NCBI GenBank assembly: GCA_051362555.1
Contig: CM120645.1
Coordinates: 620,001 to 684,000, forward strand
From: Lingula anatina
Lineage: Eukaryota > Animalia > Brachiopoda
Direction: 5' to 3'
DNA length: 64,000 bases
In this document: positions 1 through 13,596 of the stretch, in pieces
Layout of the letters: each line of letters starts with the position of its first letter
How positions within the stretch are numbered: position 1 is the first letter of the stretch
Program-made: the position numbers and the translations under genes
Notes under the pieces: model-generated
Database searches by the model: none
Seen by the model: the letters and a program-made list of their open reading frames with translations, nothing else
What the model was told of the DNA's origin: nothing

Positions 1-1594
1 ATAATAGGTGGTTGCATTGTAGGCCTAACCTTGTTCATTTTAGTCGACAGACTAAGCTAGAAGAAAGAACAGATCATTATCGCCTCTCTTTACTTAGGAA
101 CAATAAGGATGGCTAGTGGCAGCATTTATAAGTTCTTTTATTTAGAAACTTTCCGATCCCTTGTCTGGGACTGCGTCCGGGAAACGGCGATAACGACAGA
201 GACGTCCTCGAACATTTTGGACTCAGTGCAAAAAAAAAAAAAAAATCCGTTAAGAAGTAGCCTTTAAATGTCCTGGCAAATAACTTTGCGATGGCTCAGA
301 GAGTTCTAGAATGAATGACAAGCAACGACATTAGGGTTAATAATAGACTAAAAACTATCAGAGTGTAGGCCTGTCTTACTTCATTTCTAAGGCCATCTTG
401 TGATACGAGTCATGCTACACTACAAAAGAGGGGGTAGCAGTGGATGATTTAATACAGGGATACCATCGATAGTATATCAATAGAAAATCGCAATCCTCAA
501 ATGTTTTTAATTCATTAAATATAAACGGTCTTTTCTCGTACAATGGGTCTGGTATAGTTGTATTGGCCTATCAGTTGGAAACACGTGGTTCGTCTACAAT
601 TGCAAATGGCGGAGGTGCCGTGGTAGTTATTGTCGTAAAATTAGCTGGATACGGTGCACGTGAGAAAAATATTCATTAAATTTAGTTTTCGAGCGTCAGC
701 TTAATCTGGTAAAATGCGAGACGAAAAAAATGATAGATAGAGCCTTATGACCCACTGTAGAATGATGCCGAATAATACATCAACGACGTAGTTTATCGGC
801 AGATAAACGTGTTTTCATTCTCGGCTGACTGAGGAAAGGTTTGAGAGAGCATTTAAGGAAGAGGCGGTCGAACCAATAGTGAGTAGGAAGTGTGCTGCAA
901 TCAAGACGCACAATACCGATCATAAGTGGACAGCTAATAACCCCTAATTAAGCCCGGGTTACGCGCTGCTGTGTTAAGTCCTTGCTGGGAAGGGGTAGCG
1001 GCCTCCTACTGCTGTGCGTAATCAAACATTGTCTTCTAACATGCGGCTACACGACGGTTGCATTGTATTAATAAAGTAATACCTATTCATAAGGAAGGGG
1101 GCGGATGGTAATCTTACGAGAATTAAATCAGTTATCGATCACACGCGTACCAATAGTCGTGTTTTTTTTTAGCTATACGGTACGATACTATAATAACATT
1201 ACCACAGCACTTCTCTAGTTTCTCTTTTTTACGTACATATCTTTTCTGAAAAAATGTTGTCAAACTGCTCTCACCTGAACATGACATCAAAAAAATTCAC
1301 TAAAGAGAAGAATCTGATTTTGTTAAGCACAGCGTTTTGTTAAAATAGCATTGATTTCTGTTACTTAGTATTTTTGTAAAAATGTTCACATATTATTTCC
1401 ATGCACTTAGTAAACATGTTCTTACAGCAGTGTGGATATTTTCTTGTAAATATTTTGTATTTTTATACACTTGTCTCTGCTTATGTGTCAAAGCCTTGTT
1501 ATTAATTATCAACTACAATTACTGTTTTTCATAATGATTACAGGAATTTTTTTCATATGTGATTAATTTTAAAAAACAGTTAAATTGTTTTCAG

Positions 1595-1884
1595 TTCTGC
1601 ATGAAAAACAATCAAGGCTTTGTGAAAAAATCACAGAACCCTGTCTCAAGGACATGTTAAATGAGTTCCTCCAAGAAGGCATCATCACATACCGTGAAGC
1701 TGAAATGGTGAGAGCAGAACCTCCTGAACACCATGACCAAACCTCAACTACCAGGGTGGTATGTCCAGAGAAAACTGCTGTCTTCCTTGACATTCTCAAA
1801 ACCAGAGGAGATGAGGCATTTGATTTATTAAAGAAATGTCTCACTGAAAATGGACAAAGTGAGCTTGCTTCCCTCCTTAAATAA
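1595..1884 (+). CDS. Terminal CARD-encoding exon of a ROCO paralog (upstream exons not in window, or orphaned)
   Basis: Acceptor ttttcag ends at 1594. Translation (V)LHEKQSRLCEKITEPCLKDMLNEFLQEGIITYREAEMV...FLDILKTRGDEAFDLLKKCLTENGQSELA has the hydrophobic pattern of a CARD/death fold. Paralogous to 28510-28799, including the upstream intron (~1184-1594 vs ~24380-24715 plus 28417-28509). Confidence 0.7.
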
Positions 1885-2098
1885 ACTAAGTGGTCAACAA
1901 AACTGACTGACTTTCTGCAGCAACCGTGCTACAAATTTAATTGTATTTTCAGAAATTCTTTGATATTATCAAATATTTAGGCCTTACATCTCAGTTTATA
2001 AAAGCTTTTAGAAATGGAAAAACAAACAATGAATCTTGGTCAGTTAGACTAAAGAACTGTTACTGCAGTGACCTTTATCCATCCATAGACAGTAAGCC

Positions 2099-4745
2099 AT
2101 GAATGAGAAAGGGGACATCCCAGTTACTAAGGTTGGGGAGACCACTGTCCTGGAATGCCTGGCTGCAGGGAGCCTCAAACCCAAACTGACCTGGCTCAAG
2201 AACGATAAACCACTGGGGGTGACAGAACGCCATTTCCTTACAGCCAATGACCAGTTACTGGTCATTGTCCAGACACGGCCAGAGGATGCCGGGAGGTATA
2301 CGTGTGAGATGTCCAACACTCTGGGGATGGAAAGAGGGACGTCCCAGCTGACTGTTATCAATTTGGAGTCCCCCTCACGTGGAAACAATGGCGGTGGATT
2401 GGATGACGAGTCCACAACGACAGGGATTATAATAATAGCTGTGGTGTGCTGCGTGGTGGGAACGTCCTTGGTCTGGGTGATCATTATTTATCAGACCAGG
2501 AAGAGGAGTGACACATACAGCAGTACACCTACAGGTGAGAACATGTGATATGATATTCCTTTATTGTTTTATTAGATGAAGATGTCTGTTCAGTTCTTTA
2601 TCAGTATTGGAGGGATAGGGGGGTGAAAAATATCTCACAGTGGGATGCTGCTTGGGGAAGTTGGAGAGCTACTAAAAACTTGTCATTGAGAAAGTCTGAA
2701 TGCACTATATTTCATTAAATGAAACTTCCTTTATATAAAGTTATAATAATACAAAAACAGCTATAAGTTTTTATTACCACTGCAATATTTCAGCGTCACA
2801 CAAAAACGTGGCTTTAGGTGTGCTAATACTGATGGAAAAACGGAATATTGTAATTTTGAATGCATAACACAGCTGATGATTTTTTTTTTCTGCTGGATCC
2901 TTAATAAAATATTATAACCTTTACAGATGAGACAACTTTACCTGGTGACTTGACACCATATAATCCATCAGATGAAGAACGGGAAAGCTCAAAGTCAGAC
3001 CAGTTCCTGGAGTATCAGGGACATGTGTTACCCATGTTCCAGTCACACCCCCGGTACGCCAAGGCGGAGTGTGGGCGCACGGCAGCCATCTTTCCAAGTG
3101 ATGTGGAGGATGACGATCTAAAACAGTCAGTGCCACTGACTTGTGATGAACACCAGCCGGCTGCAGAGTCAGGTTTGTACTGAGACAATTTAAAAGATTT
3201 TTTAACCTATTTTTACATTTTTAAGATTGGTTAAAAATTGTGAAGACAATTTAAACCAAATGTATCTGATATTTTATCTGCCTCAATAAGGACCATTCAA
3301 GCTTTAGGGTTAGAAACCTCATGTGAGGTATATTCTGGGGCGAGCCGAAATTACAAATTGATACCTGTCTTAAATAGAAAAAAAATAGAATAGAAAAAGT
3401 AACTTTCATGTTATCCTGTGGAGATATAAAATATTATTTTTTCTGTTTTCCACAGAGCACAGTATCAACAGTTTATCTCTGCCAAGCAGTGCGTCAGACA
3501 GTAGCTCTCCCAGCACACGGAGCACCAGCAGCACTGGACTGAACTCTCTGCAAACTTTTAACCCTCATCCTAAACTAGCCAATCACAATGGGGTCCGAGA
3601 CAGGTCACCAAGCCCAGTGGCCATGATTCATCAGCCACCGCAGTGGTTTAACGCCAGCTCCCTGCCTCACACCAGATCAACAGCAGATAGTTATCACTGC
3701 TCCAAGTCACCCACAGACAATCCAGGTATTTTTAGCATTTGGATGACATTTTCTTAGCCATTACAATTGTTTATTGTCTTTGTTTATAGATAAATAACAT
3801 TTTTCAAAATGTAGTAGTAGAGTTACTAGTTGAGATTAATAGAACACAGATAGGTCTGATTTAAGGAAAATAGTTTGTTCTTACTGGAAAAACGCCCTGC
3901 ATTTTAATTATTATAATTATTATTTTGTAATTTGGAATTATATTGAATTAAACCTTTCCTCCTTGCCACAGTACTCATGTGTCCCTGGACATAATTCTCA
4001 CACCACATCTTTATATTTGTGTTCAATTTCAGAGCCCCCTGCCCCCCACACTGCCTCCTTGCCACAATACTCATGTGTCCCTGGACATAATTCTCACACC
4101 ACATCTCACACATTGCCAATACCATATGAAGGTAATGCATTTATTTATTTGTTTATAATTTTAAAAATGCTCAGTTAACATTATGATTATGTGAGGTCGT
4201 CATTATTTCGTAACTTAACTGTTGACTTTGGTAGTATTTAGACAGATTTTTTTTATACCTATGATGCTTGAATTGATAAAAGTTTAGTATTTATGTAAAT
4301 AATGTGAATCGTTCCAGATCTGTATCCAGACTCTGAGGTTCATCCCAATCATCACTCATCCAGTGCCAGTTGTCCAAAGTCACCAAGTCACCATACCAGT
4401 AGTAATAGTAGTAGTCATCCTCAGCTCAGCCACCTCAGCTCACATCATAATATAGACTCTGGGGACATCCCCAGTGAAAACAATCATAATCACAGACACT
4501 TTGATAGTGCTGAACGCCGCCATCGCGGAAGACAAGCGCCTCCTATAGGGGGCAGGTCACAACACAAACAACATGGCGGAAGGACTTTAAGTTCTCCATC
4601 TCAACAACACCATAGACACTTGTATGTGAATCCAATGGATGAAACGTTAGAAACAGCAGGGAGCATTCCAGAGGTTGGTTTGAAATCACCTTCTTCAAAA
4701 CAAAAGGTGGCGCTGCCTCACAGGACAGGAGATGACAGAGTTTAG
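2099..4745 (+). CDS. LRIG: LRIG-family receptor, 3' exons (last Ig domain, TM, cytoplasmic tail); possibly a 5'-truncated copy
   Basis: Exons ~2097/2099-2534, 2927-3172, 3456-3725, 4033-4131, 4318-4745(TAG); the four introns are GT-AG and phase 1 and splice into one open frame. Ig motif VGETTVLEC...W...DAGRYTCEMSNTLG, TM TTTGIIIIAVVCCVVGTSLVWVIIIYQTRKR and the spliced PT/DETTLP are LRIG hallmarks. Confidence 0.85.
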
Positions 4746-6094
4746 CAAACAGAGTTGTGTATGTTAAGTTCTGGAGAGGAATGCACAGTGGAAAGATGAC
4801 TGGATTTATTCTTTTGAGAAATAAGTTCACAATGTGATCACAGCTATGGCAGCCATGCTGCTTAACTGTTCACTTAACATTATGCAAATCAAGAAACCCA
4901 TTTCTTTGCCAAATCTCACAATTGTATAGTTATTATTATATCTTACTACTTATTAAAGTGAATTGGTTGTTTTTCTCTTTTTTTTTACTCATACAAAATA
5001 AGGGTAAGTGGTATTACTGTAGTGTATTTCTGTTTCATGTGTTCTTTCTTCACACTTTGTGTGTGTAAGTGTATAGTGATTAATTAACTTGACAAGGTTA
5101 TGTAAATATTGTACAGGTATTCCTTGTATATTATGTACAGTGTATGAATCATGCAATAGAATTTTTTGTTGGTGGGAGCTAAATTTGATCTTCTAAAAGA
5201 TACTATATAAGGATGTATGGTGGATGTGGCATTTCTATGAAGTAGGTCAAAAATTACCTTAGTTGTATTGTTTCATATCATGATATGTTGCATCACAAAA
5301 TCCTAAGACACCAATATTTTGATTTGGCTTTGGGGGATAAAAGTTGGCATTGTTTAGCCAATTGTATAGCATAATACTTTATCTGGTACAACTTGTTGAA
5401 TACTTGTTATTTATGTTATGACCAAGGTTACAAGATCTAGACATTTCTTTAATTTCCCTATTAATCACTACAATCTATGACATGTAATAGATTTGTCTAC
5501 CATCTAATGTGTGCGTGCGTGTTTGTGTGTGTGCGTGTGTTTGTATGGCACATGATTGCTCATATTAAACCAGTCAAACCAAAGTATTGCTCAAAGATTC
5601 AAGAATCCATAACTTCCTAAAGTTGATGCAGTTTTTCTTGTTTCGTAGAAAGCAAATTTATAGCTGGGATGTCTCGAACTGAAAATAGTTATATGGGAAA
5701 CACTAATCCTCAGAGAATCTAATCTCATGGAGTGAGAGGTGTTTCACTTCTTATCTCTTAATATACCACATCCTGCAAAGTGGAGAAGTAAATTGGGAAG
5801 TAATTTTTTTTTCGAAACAGACCTAGTCATATTTGACATAAACTGCACTGACATTTGATTGAGTTTTTGAGCCATCTCTTGTTCCCAATATTTGTATCCT
5901 AATTAAGAAACAGTTCACAAACCAAGATCAGAGCTACCTCAGCCATTGTAGAACAAATAAAAAAGTGAATTTGAGATATAGATCATGTATCGTTATTTTT
6001 TTTTTAATTTGGGGGCCTCTTGATGCAACTTTTGGTGTTTAACTGACATATTTGCTAAAATCTGCACATTCTCATAGATCAGTATTATTACCAG

Positions 6095-9000
6095 CCCAGA
6101 TAGCAAGCATACGTTGGGCCAACGTAAGGGAATCGTTGGTTTGGTGGCACATGGTTGGCGTTGGTAGTAATACGTTGGCCCAACGTTGGCCCAACCACAT
6201 CATAATATGCACAACATAACTGCAATATGCTCACGTTGGCCCAACGTTGGGCCAACGTGTGCATATTTGTTGCATACGTTGGCCTAACGTTGGGCCAACG
6301 TATCTAATTAACAACTCAATAGAAATGAATAATGTTTCTGTTATAATAAAAATGTTTCTGTTCACAACTGAGAATCACATGTGCTTATCTATTGATCAGT
6401 AACATATAGTTTTTAGGATTAATTTTTTTTTTTTATTAAGAGTTTGTCAAATTCCTTGGGCTAAAAAACAGTGTTCTACTTTTATTTGTCTTCCAAGCTA
6501 TATACTCTCATATATATATATTTTTTTTTTTCATTTTGTCTTTTTTTCTGAATGGATATAGTGTATAGTACATAGACTTCACCTATAAAAAAATTACTGA
6601 GTGAACAGATTTATATTTTTAAATAATGCTGTGAAACATATTTATTATTATTGCTATTATTATTATTGTTATTGAAATCAGACAAATGATTGAAATCTTA
6701 TTATAATGTACAATTGCACAATATATAAATTTTAAACTTTATAGTTAGCATCAATTGACTTTTGATTAAAGTACACTGGTAACTTTCACTGGACCAGATT
6801 CATTACAAGCCAGGTGTTTATCTTAACTGTCAGTTTGATATAAACAGTCTGCCTACTGCCTGCTCAAACAGGTCAAATAACTATACATAGCACAGTCTTA
6901 AGCGCGCTGACCGCTGACCGTTGAGCCAATTCAAAAATCTAAGCCAGAAGGTCAGAAATGTTCTAAGGAAGAGGCAAGAATTACGGCTGAAAGCATTGAT
7001 TTCTGGATATAAAAAGAAGACATCTTTTTGGAAATTAGAAAATGAAGAGATAAAGAGAGAGGATAAGAAGTGAGCATGTACTGGTAAGTGACTTTTTAAT
7101 TGTGTATTTTCCCATTATTTACTGATGCACCAGGATCCATACAGCCTTGAAAAGTGTTCAAATTTAGACCAGCACTTTGGACTAGTTTAAATGTAACTAG
7201 TTTAAATGTAACTTTGAAAAGTACTTGAAAATGCTATTAGGCTTGAAAAAGGTTTGCATTTCAGCATTTTGTCTTTGTAAAAATATTATTTAGAACTTTG
7301 TAGTTTATTGAGATGAATACAGACAATAATTCACAGATGGGGGTAATACCTTTTAATACATCATTACTTGTACTTTTATTTTCAACTTTTCATCATCAAT
7401 GTGTTACAAAGACAAAGTTTAAATGAAATGAGTCCTTTTTCCTTTGGTATGTACACTTTAATATAACTGTATTAATGTATAACTTGCCCTCATTAGTTAA
7501 AATCATTGAAAATGATTTGAATTAGAGCCTTAAAAGTCCTTGGAAGCCAATTGTTCTTATGTGTCTGTATGAATCCTGGCCAGTAAATTCTGTGATAGAG
7601 TTGTTGGAATGATTAAATGATATGTAATTTAGTGGTACATTACAGTTGTCTAAAAAACGAATTCATGGTCAAGTGTACATGTAAGAACTAATTTAAATAA
7701 ATCACTATAAATTACTGCACACAAGACACACACTTTTAAAGTTAAGATATTGGCTTTTGCCTAACTTAGAAAAGGTGGGGAGATTATCATATAATACACA
7801 CCTACTAGTACTAGTATGTATATGAAATATGGGGGAAGAGGTACAGTCATGTTATGTACCATACCAATTCTAGCATTATATTTCAAGTGTTTTTAATATT
7901 TAAATTTGTAGGTGCAGCACACTCTTCTGTGACTGTTCAGAAAAAGATGTTGAAGATACACCTAACTACTCGTGCTTTGCCAAAGATCATGCAGGTGCAG
8001 GACAGGAAAGAGAGAAAAAAAACATAAAGATTGAACTCATATGACCACTGATTTGATTTTTAAAGAGACAATGTCTGAGATTTTGCCTGACGGAAGAGAC
8101 TGTAATTTTATAGGCTTGACATATAACTTATGAAAGTTCCTATGAAAAGCATCTTACCTGACATTAACAAGGGTTTCAGGTTTAAAATTTAATTTAATGA
8201 AAATATTTTTAAAAATTGAAATGGGGCAAAAAAGACTTTACTAGTAGAAAAATGCCTTGACTCCAGGAATAAGGTGAAAAGTCATAGGACTGTTAAAATT
8301 TTTTTGATGTGAATCATTTAACAATTGATATAAGACACACTTATTAATGTTTAAATTTAATATTATAATATCTTATAAAAATTTTCTTTGTTGTCTTTTT
8401 GTATTATATTTCAATTCACATATCATTATTTAGTTGGTGTAATGTATTTGTTTTATGTTATGTTATGAATTAATTAAACAGTTCAAAATATATCACTAAT
8501 CTTTTTGTTTCAACTACAATTATTAATTGACAATTTTCCAGGTGTAGTGTAAATGATCACAGGCAGATCAAGTCCTCTAAAGGATTCATCCCTTAGAAAC
8601 CTTGCCAATTTTTCAGCCATATCTTGCAGTTTGCAGATTTCAGATGCTCAAGATATTTCATCAGGACATTGATCTGCCTGTGCATCAGATGTGTAATTAC
8701 AGTGCCCTACTACTAGTACGTATGTGATTCCAAAATAAAAAGATTATGCCTTTAGCTCAATGTTGGGTTACTGTAAATCACTGTGCCCCTGGTTTTAGGT
8801 TGGATCATAATTTGTTGTGCAAATTGCAGATAACTTGGTGACCAGTTGGCCTACCGTTGGGCCAACGCGGATACATTGTTGGTTTGAGGTTGGGTAATTG
8901 TTGGACTGATGTTGGTTATTAGTAGAACCAACGTAATTGCACTGTTGGTTACAGGTTGGGTAATTGTTGGACCAATGTTGGTTATTAGTTGGCCCAATGT

Positions 9001-9306
9001 AGGGCCAACGCAGTTTGGTTGGGTAATCGTTGGACTGATGTTGGTTATTAGTAGGACCAACGTAAATACACTGTTGGTTACAGGTTGGGTAATTGTTGGA
9101 CCAATGTTGGTTATTAGTTGGCCTAATGTAGGGCCAACGCAGTTTGGTTGGGAATACGTTGGCAATGTGTTGGCATTAAAAAAACGTTCAGCCAACCGTT
9201 GGCCAAAGTGAGCACTTAGATGGAAACCCAACGTTGGGCCAACGTTGCATGGTCAACCAAGGCAACATTGGGCCAACGTTGGCCCAACGTATGCATGCTA
9301 TCTGGG
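6095..9306. mobile_element. Non-autonomous EnSpm/CACTA (CMC)-type DNA transposon
   Basis: Inverted termini CCCAGATAGCA...TGCTATCTGGG with a 2-bp TSD (ag/ag). Dense subterminal arrays of the quasi-palindrome acgttgg(g/c)ccaacgt at both ends. Decayed exon near 7911-8030 (KDVEDT...FAKDHAGAGQER) resembles the C-terminus of accessory proteins of animal CMC elements (inference). Confidence 0.8.
7131..7578. mobile_element. MITE nested in the EnSpm element
   Basis: Inverted ends caggatccatacag...ctgtatgaatcctg; TSD not preserved. Confidence 0.45.
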
Positions 9307-9719
9307 AGGCTTTATTTATTAGGGTATGTTGCCATGGATACTATGAAAACACTGGTTGTCATGGATACATGGTAAACAGCACAGTCAAACTGTCCCTGTA
9401 CCAGAGGTAGTGGTATCATGTTGTTCCTAAGTTGTAGTATGAAACAAATATCTCTGTTTGTAGTGGATGAATTCTTTGTTATACAATACATAGCACAGAT
9501 GGAGTGGACTAGATGTATGTACTGGGAAATATAGAAGTAGAAGGAAATTATATCAAGTTTAGGATTCATAAATTTATGAGGAAGTCTAATGCCATCTACC
9601 ATGTGTTAAAAATTGATCTTCAAATATAAAGATTGTTAGATTTATGTCAGCATGTCTTGTATACATTTTGGCCAGTTGAATGAAAGTCTCAAATAATAAC
9701 ATTTGATAAGTTCACTTAG

Positions 9720-10800
9720 GAGCAGAAACATTTTGTAAACATATTTGGTAGATAACATTTTTGGTTTTGAAATGTACATTATTTAAAGAGCACGTCAGCT
9801 TAATTTTAGGGCTGATTTTCCTCTAGATTTTGTTTGGCGGTGGTCATTAACCATCATCTATCAATGTTGTCTGTCCTAAGGTGAGATAGATCTGGTTACT
9901 GGTCATAAAGTCATGGCATGCAGCACCCAGGTTCCTCTTTGTTGCAGCTCCATTCAGGTGCTAAAAACCCTTTGATAGTTGCTCAAATGCCGATATCAAG
10001 TCTTGCCATGAGGGGTTTGAACTGCAAGAATTGGTCACAACTATATATACAGGTTATATAGAGCTGGCTTTGTTTGTTCTAGAAAATGGATCAAGTGAAG
10101 TAGTATTGGTTACATTTTAGGAAAGTGTGTAAAAAAGTCCACTCCATCTGCTGTGTGAAGGTTTGGATTATGCTGTGCTAAGATGTTAACTTGTCTGTCC
10201 TTGAAATTATTTTGTAAAAAGACTAATTTTTGAAGCCTGTTTGGTTATTTATTTATTTATTTATTTTGAATTCCCAAACAAAAGACAGTTTAGATGTCTT
10301 AAATGCTTTTATTTCCATAAGACTAGGTAAGTTAATGTACATGATGTCTATGGATAAGACACAATATACATTTTGTCATTATTTACCCAAAGTCATAAGT
10401 AGACTGGGATTTTTATACATCATATTTGATCAACATGTATTCAGAATGGTGACAACTTAGCAAGAGCATGTCTACAGTCTTCTGTTCATCACTTTTGTTA
10501 CTGGTCCACGTGTCCACTTGGTTGGTATTTATTTAAAGTCACGGATACCACTTGACCAGTGTTCTCCCCACAGGATTTGTACAGCAAGAAAATAAAGGAT
10601 TTAATAAATAATTTAAACTATACAAACTGACTTGTGTTTTTTTTTTTCATGGCAAATTCCATGTACGTACAGGTTTTCTTAATGTAAAAATTTAGTTGAA
10701 GGGCACATTCCCAGTGAAATTATCAGTCCATGTTATTCAATCCAACTTGTTGGGGACTATTGCTGAATGCAATCAGTTGAACAGGTAAACATGTCTCTTG
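9720..10800 (+). repeat. Segmental-duplication block (distal LRIG 3' region with poly(A) signals), copied at ~30490-31160
   Basis: ~10400-10620 is nearly identical to ~30743-30960; ~9750-9870 matches ~30520-30637. AATAAA at ~10591 and ~10603. Confidence 0.85.
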
Positions 10801-12502
10801 GCAGGATTATTTGAAGGGGTGGTATGGGCTTTTTGTTTGTTTTAGGAAGGAGAGGCCTTGCATGGGAAGATGACCATCACCCACCCCCTTTGACGAGGGT
10901 TCAAGGGCCCACTTAAGGGCTCTGGAAAATGTTGTTTTTTTGGAGGGCAAACAGGCTATTTGTTATAGTTGAGAACTATGATTCAGCTAGTCACAATTCT
11001 AATTTCAAGAGGGGACTATTGGTGTGACTGTTTTTCAGAAACCTAATTATGGGGGGGGGGGGGGGGGGGGGGGAGAGAGAGAGAGGTCAGGACCCCCCTG
11101 ACACCCCCTCCTAAATCCTCTTAGGGGCCCATAGAGTCAATAAATACTGGATGAGTTCCCAGTAATTAATTCCCATATACATGTACATTGTATACAGAGT
11201 CCCAGCTTAGTTCTCCACACCTGTCTGCTGGGCTGTTTGACGGTCAGTCGGGTCAAGTTGCATGTTTTAGTGACATACGGTTTCCACGACATAAATAATA
11301 TGACATTATTCACTCGAAAAGTACCATATGACCTTGAATTTTGTTTATAATCTTGGCCTTAATTTTCGTGACCTTGAAAATAGTTGCAAGTGTTTGGCAG
11401 TGGACGTCTCACTTGGTTGGTATTGTTTCTTCTAACATGTTTCTATGACAATGGAAAACTGTAATATAGACATGCATGGCTTTTTAGCTCAAAAAATGCC
11501 TTGACCTTGTAATAAATTAAGTCATTACCTTGACCTTAGGTGACCTTGGCAATAGTTGCAATAGACTGGCAATACCTTACTTAGTAGAAATTGATACTTA
11601 AAGCATATTTCTGTGACATTGGGTTCCCATGCTATGGACTTCAAGGTGACCAACCCCATCAACTGGCGGCCTTTTTGGATTTTTGTGAAAAACAAGACTT
11701 TGCCATGGGGGGGATTCATGGGGGAATTTTTTGGGCTATATTGGGCCTTCAATGGACCAGAATCAGTTGAGAAACCTTTGTCACCAATTTTTTCCAACTT
11801 AAGTTGTTTATTGACTGGCCTCGTGCTGCTCGTGTCCTTATTAATTACCTACCCCCCCCCCCCACCCCCCCTCCCTGCTGAAAAAAAAACATGGGAGTGG
11901 TTGTTTTTTAATTTATCAAAACTATTTTGTCAAGGCCAGTTTTATCAGTAAGTCATAAAAACATGTACATGGAACCCAGTGGACAATAATTAATTTATTT
12001 TAAAAATTTGTCTGGAGTGTCTAGTAGATAGCCACATTGGAAAGTGACACCTGCGATATATATAGTTTTTAATTTGATCGTGAAAAAATAGTTCTGCACA
12101 CTTTTGTAGCGCCTGTCTCTTTAAGTGTTGTTGATCTATTGAATATAATACAAGAATGATAAAAACTTAACAAAGTATACATTATCCCCATGGCGGTTAA
12201 TTTATAAATTTTGATGTTAATAATTTTTGAAAACTTATCATGTTTGCTAGTTCTACCTGAAATGAAGTAAGTGAGCGCGGCCTGATACAATATTTGTTTA
12301 GGGACGATAAGCTTTGATTTGACTGCAGAACTGCGACACGCTAGCAGCAATTAGAGAGAGAAAACCAGAGAAAATATCTGCAGTTAACTAGAGAGCTGTT
12401 ACTGACTGTTATTTACCTTAGTAACAGCACCGAGTCCACACAGAAAGTAACTGTACGTCATAGAACTGAAAGAGAAGGTACTTCCACTGACATAAGTAAC
12501 AG

Positions 12503-12676
12503 GGGGCCGTAGCGATAGTCCGAAGGTTCAATAGTCCGAAGGTTCATTGGTCCGAATGTTCACTATAAAACCTTCGGACCAATGAACCCTTGATTAAAAA
12601 ATCGATGAAAATGTTACCACTTTTCGGACCAATGAACCTTCGGACCAATGAACCTTCGGACTATCGAGACGCCCCC
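12503..12676. mobile_element. 174-bp foldback MITE with 8-bp TSD
   Basis: TSD agtaacag (12495-12502 / 12677-12684); GGGG...CCCC ends; arms built from tandem gtccgaaggttca units in inverted orientation. Confidence 0.8.
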
Positions 12677-13059
12677 AGTAACAGTGAGTACTGAAGTCTA
12701 GCGAAAGTTAAAACTAAAAGTAGATGTTCATGTTGTAATGTTACTTTTAATCACTCACAACACTTCTAAATCTTAGTACAAGCTTCTGAAACAGGCATGT
12801 ACCACATCACGGGTTCTGAGAAAGTGGAAATGGACTCGTGATATTAGTTTCGCTAACAGTTTTATTTCCTGATTGCCGCCATTTCTTATCCCATCGGGAT
12901 CACGTAGTGCTGACATAGAAAAATCTGGGCCCAATTTTATCAGCTGGGAGCAACCGGTCTGCCGCTAGGTGGCTTTAAGACAAACCGGAGGTCTTAGACT
13001 TTTAAATTGGGTAAAATTTTGGATATATATAGGGTGTAATTGTAATTGTTACATGATTC

Positions 13060-13595
13060 ATGTCAAGAAAATTATTACCAGTCCTTTGAAACTTTTCACC
13101 TTATTCCTGGAGTCAAGGCATATTACTCCACTATTGTAGTTTTTTTTCACCCAATCCAGTATTCACGTTTATTTCAATGAAAAAAAAAATTCATTGAATT
13201 AAATTAAAATCCAGATACCCTTGTTAATATCAGGTAAAATGCTTTTCAAAAGAACTGACATATACTAAATAAATTAAGTCTGTAAATTCACATAACGTCT
13301 CTTCCTTCAGGCCAAATCTCAGACATTATCTCTTTAAGTGGTCATATGACTGCAATCTTTGTTTTTTTTCCTCTGTACTAATGCTAGAATTGGTATGTGC
13401 ATAACATTTTTACATGCTTGACTGTATCTCTTTCCACATCACTGTGTTCATATATATATACTAGTAGTTGTGTATTATATGATAACCTCCCCACCTTTTT
13501 TTAAGCTAATATCTTAACTTATAAAGTGTGTGTCTGTGTGCAGTAATTTTAGCAAAATTTATTAGTTCCTGCATATACACTTGACCATGAATTTA
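13060..13595 (-). mobile_element. Inverted relic of the EnSpm internal sequence (continues at ~20073-20240)
   Basis: Reverse complement matches ~7660-8300; the segment after 20073 matches ~7500-7650. The Helentron block splits a once-contiguous sequence. Confidence 0.7.
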
Positions 13596-13596
13596 T

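Noticed and set aside
8851-9231. Overlapping repetitive ORFs on both strands
   Set aside because: Subterminal repeat array of the EnSpm element.
10800-12060. G/C-run-rich MITE-like and tgacctt-rich segments, ORF 11613-11951
   Set aside because: Probably repeat-derived, but no reliable TIR/TSD pair; ORF is low-complexity.
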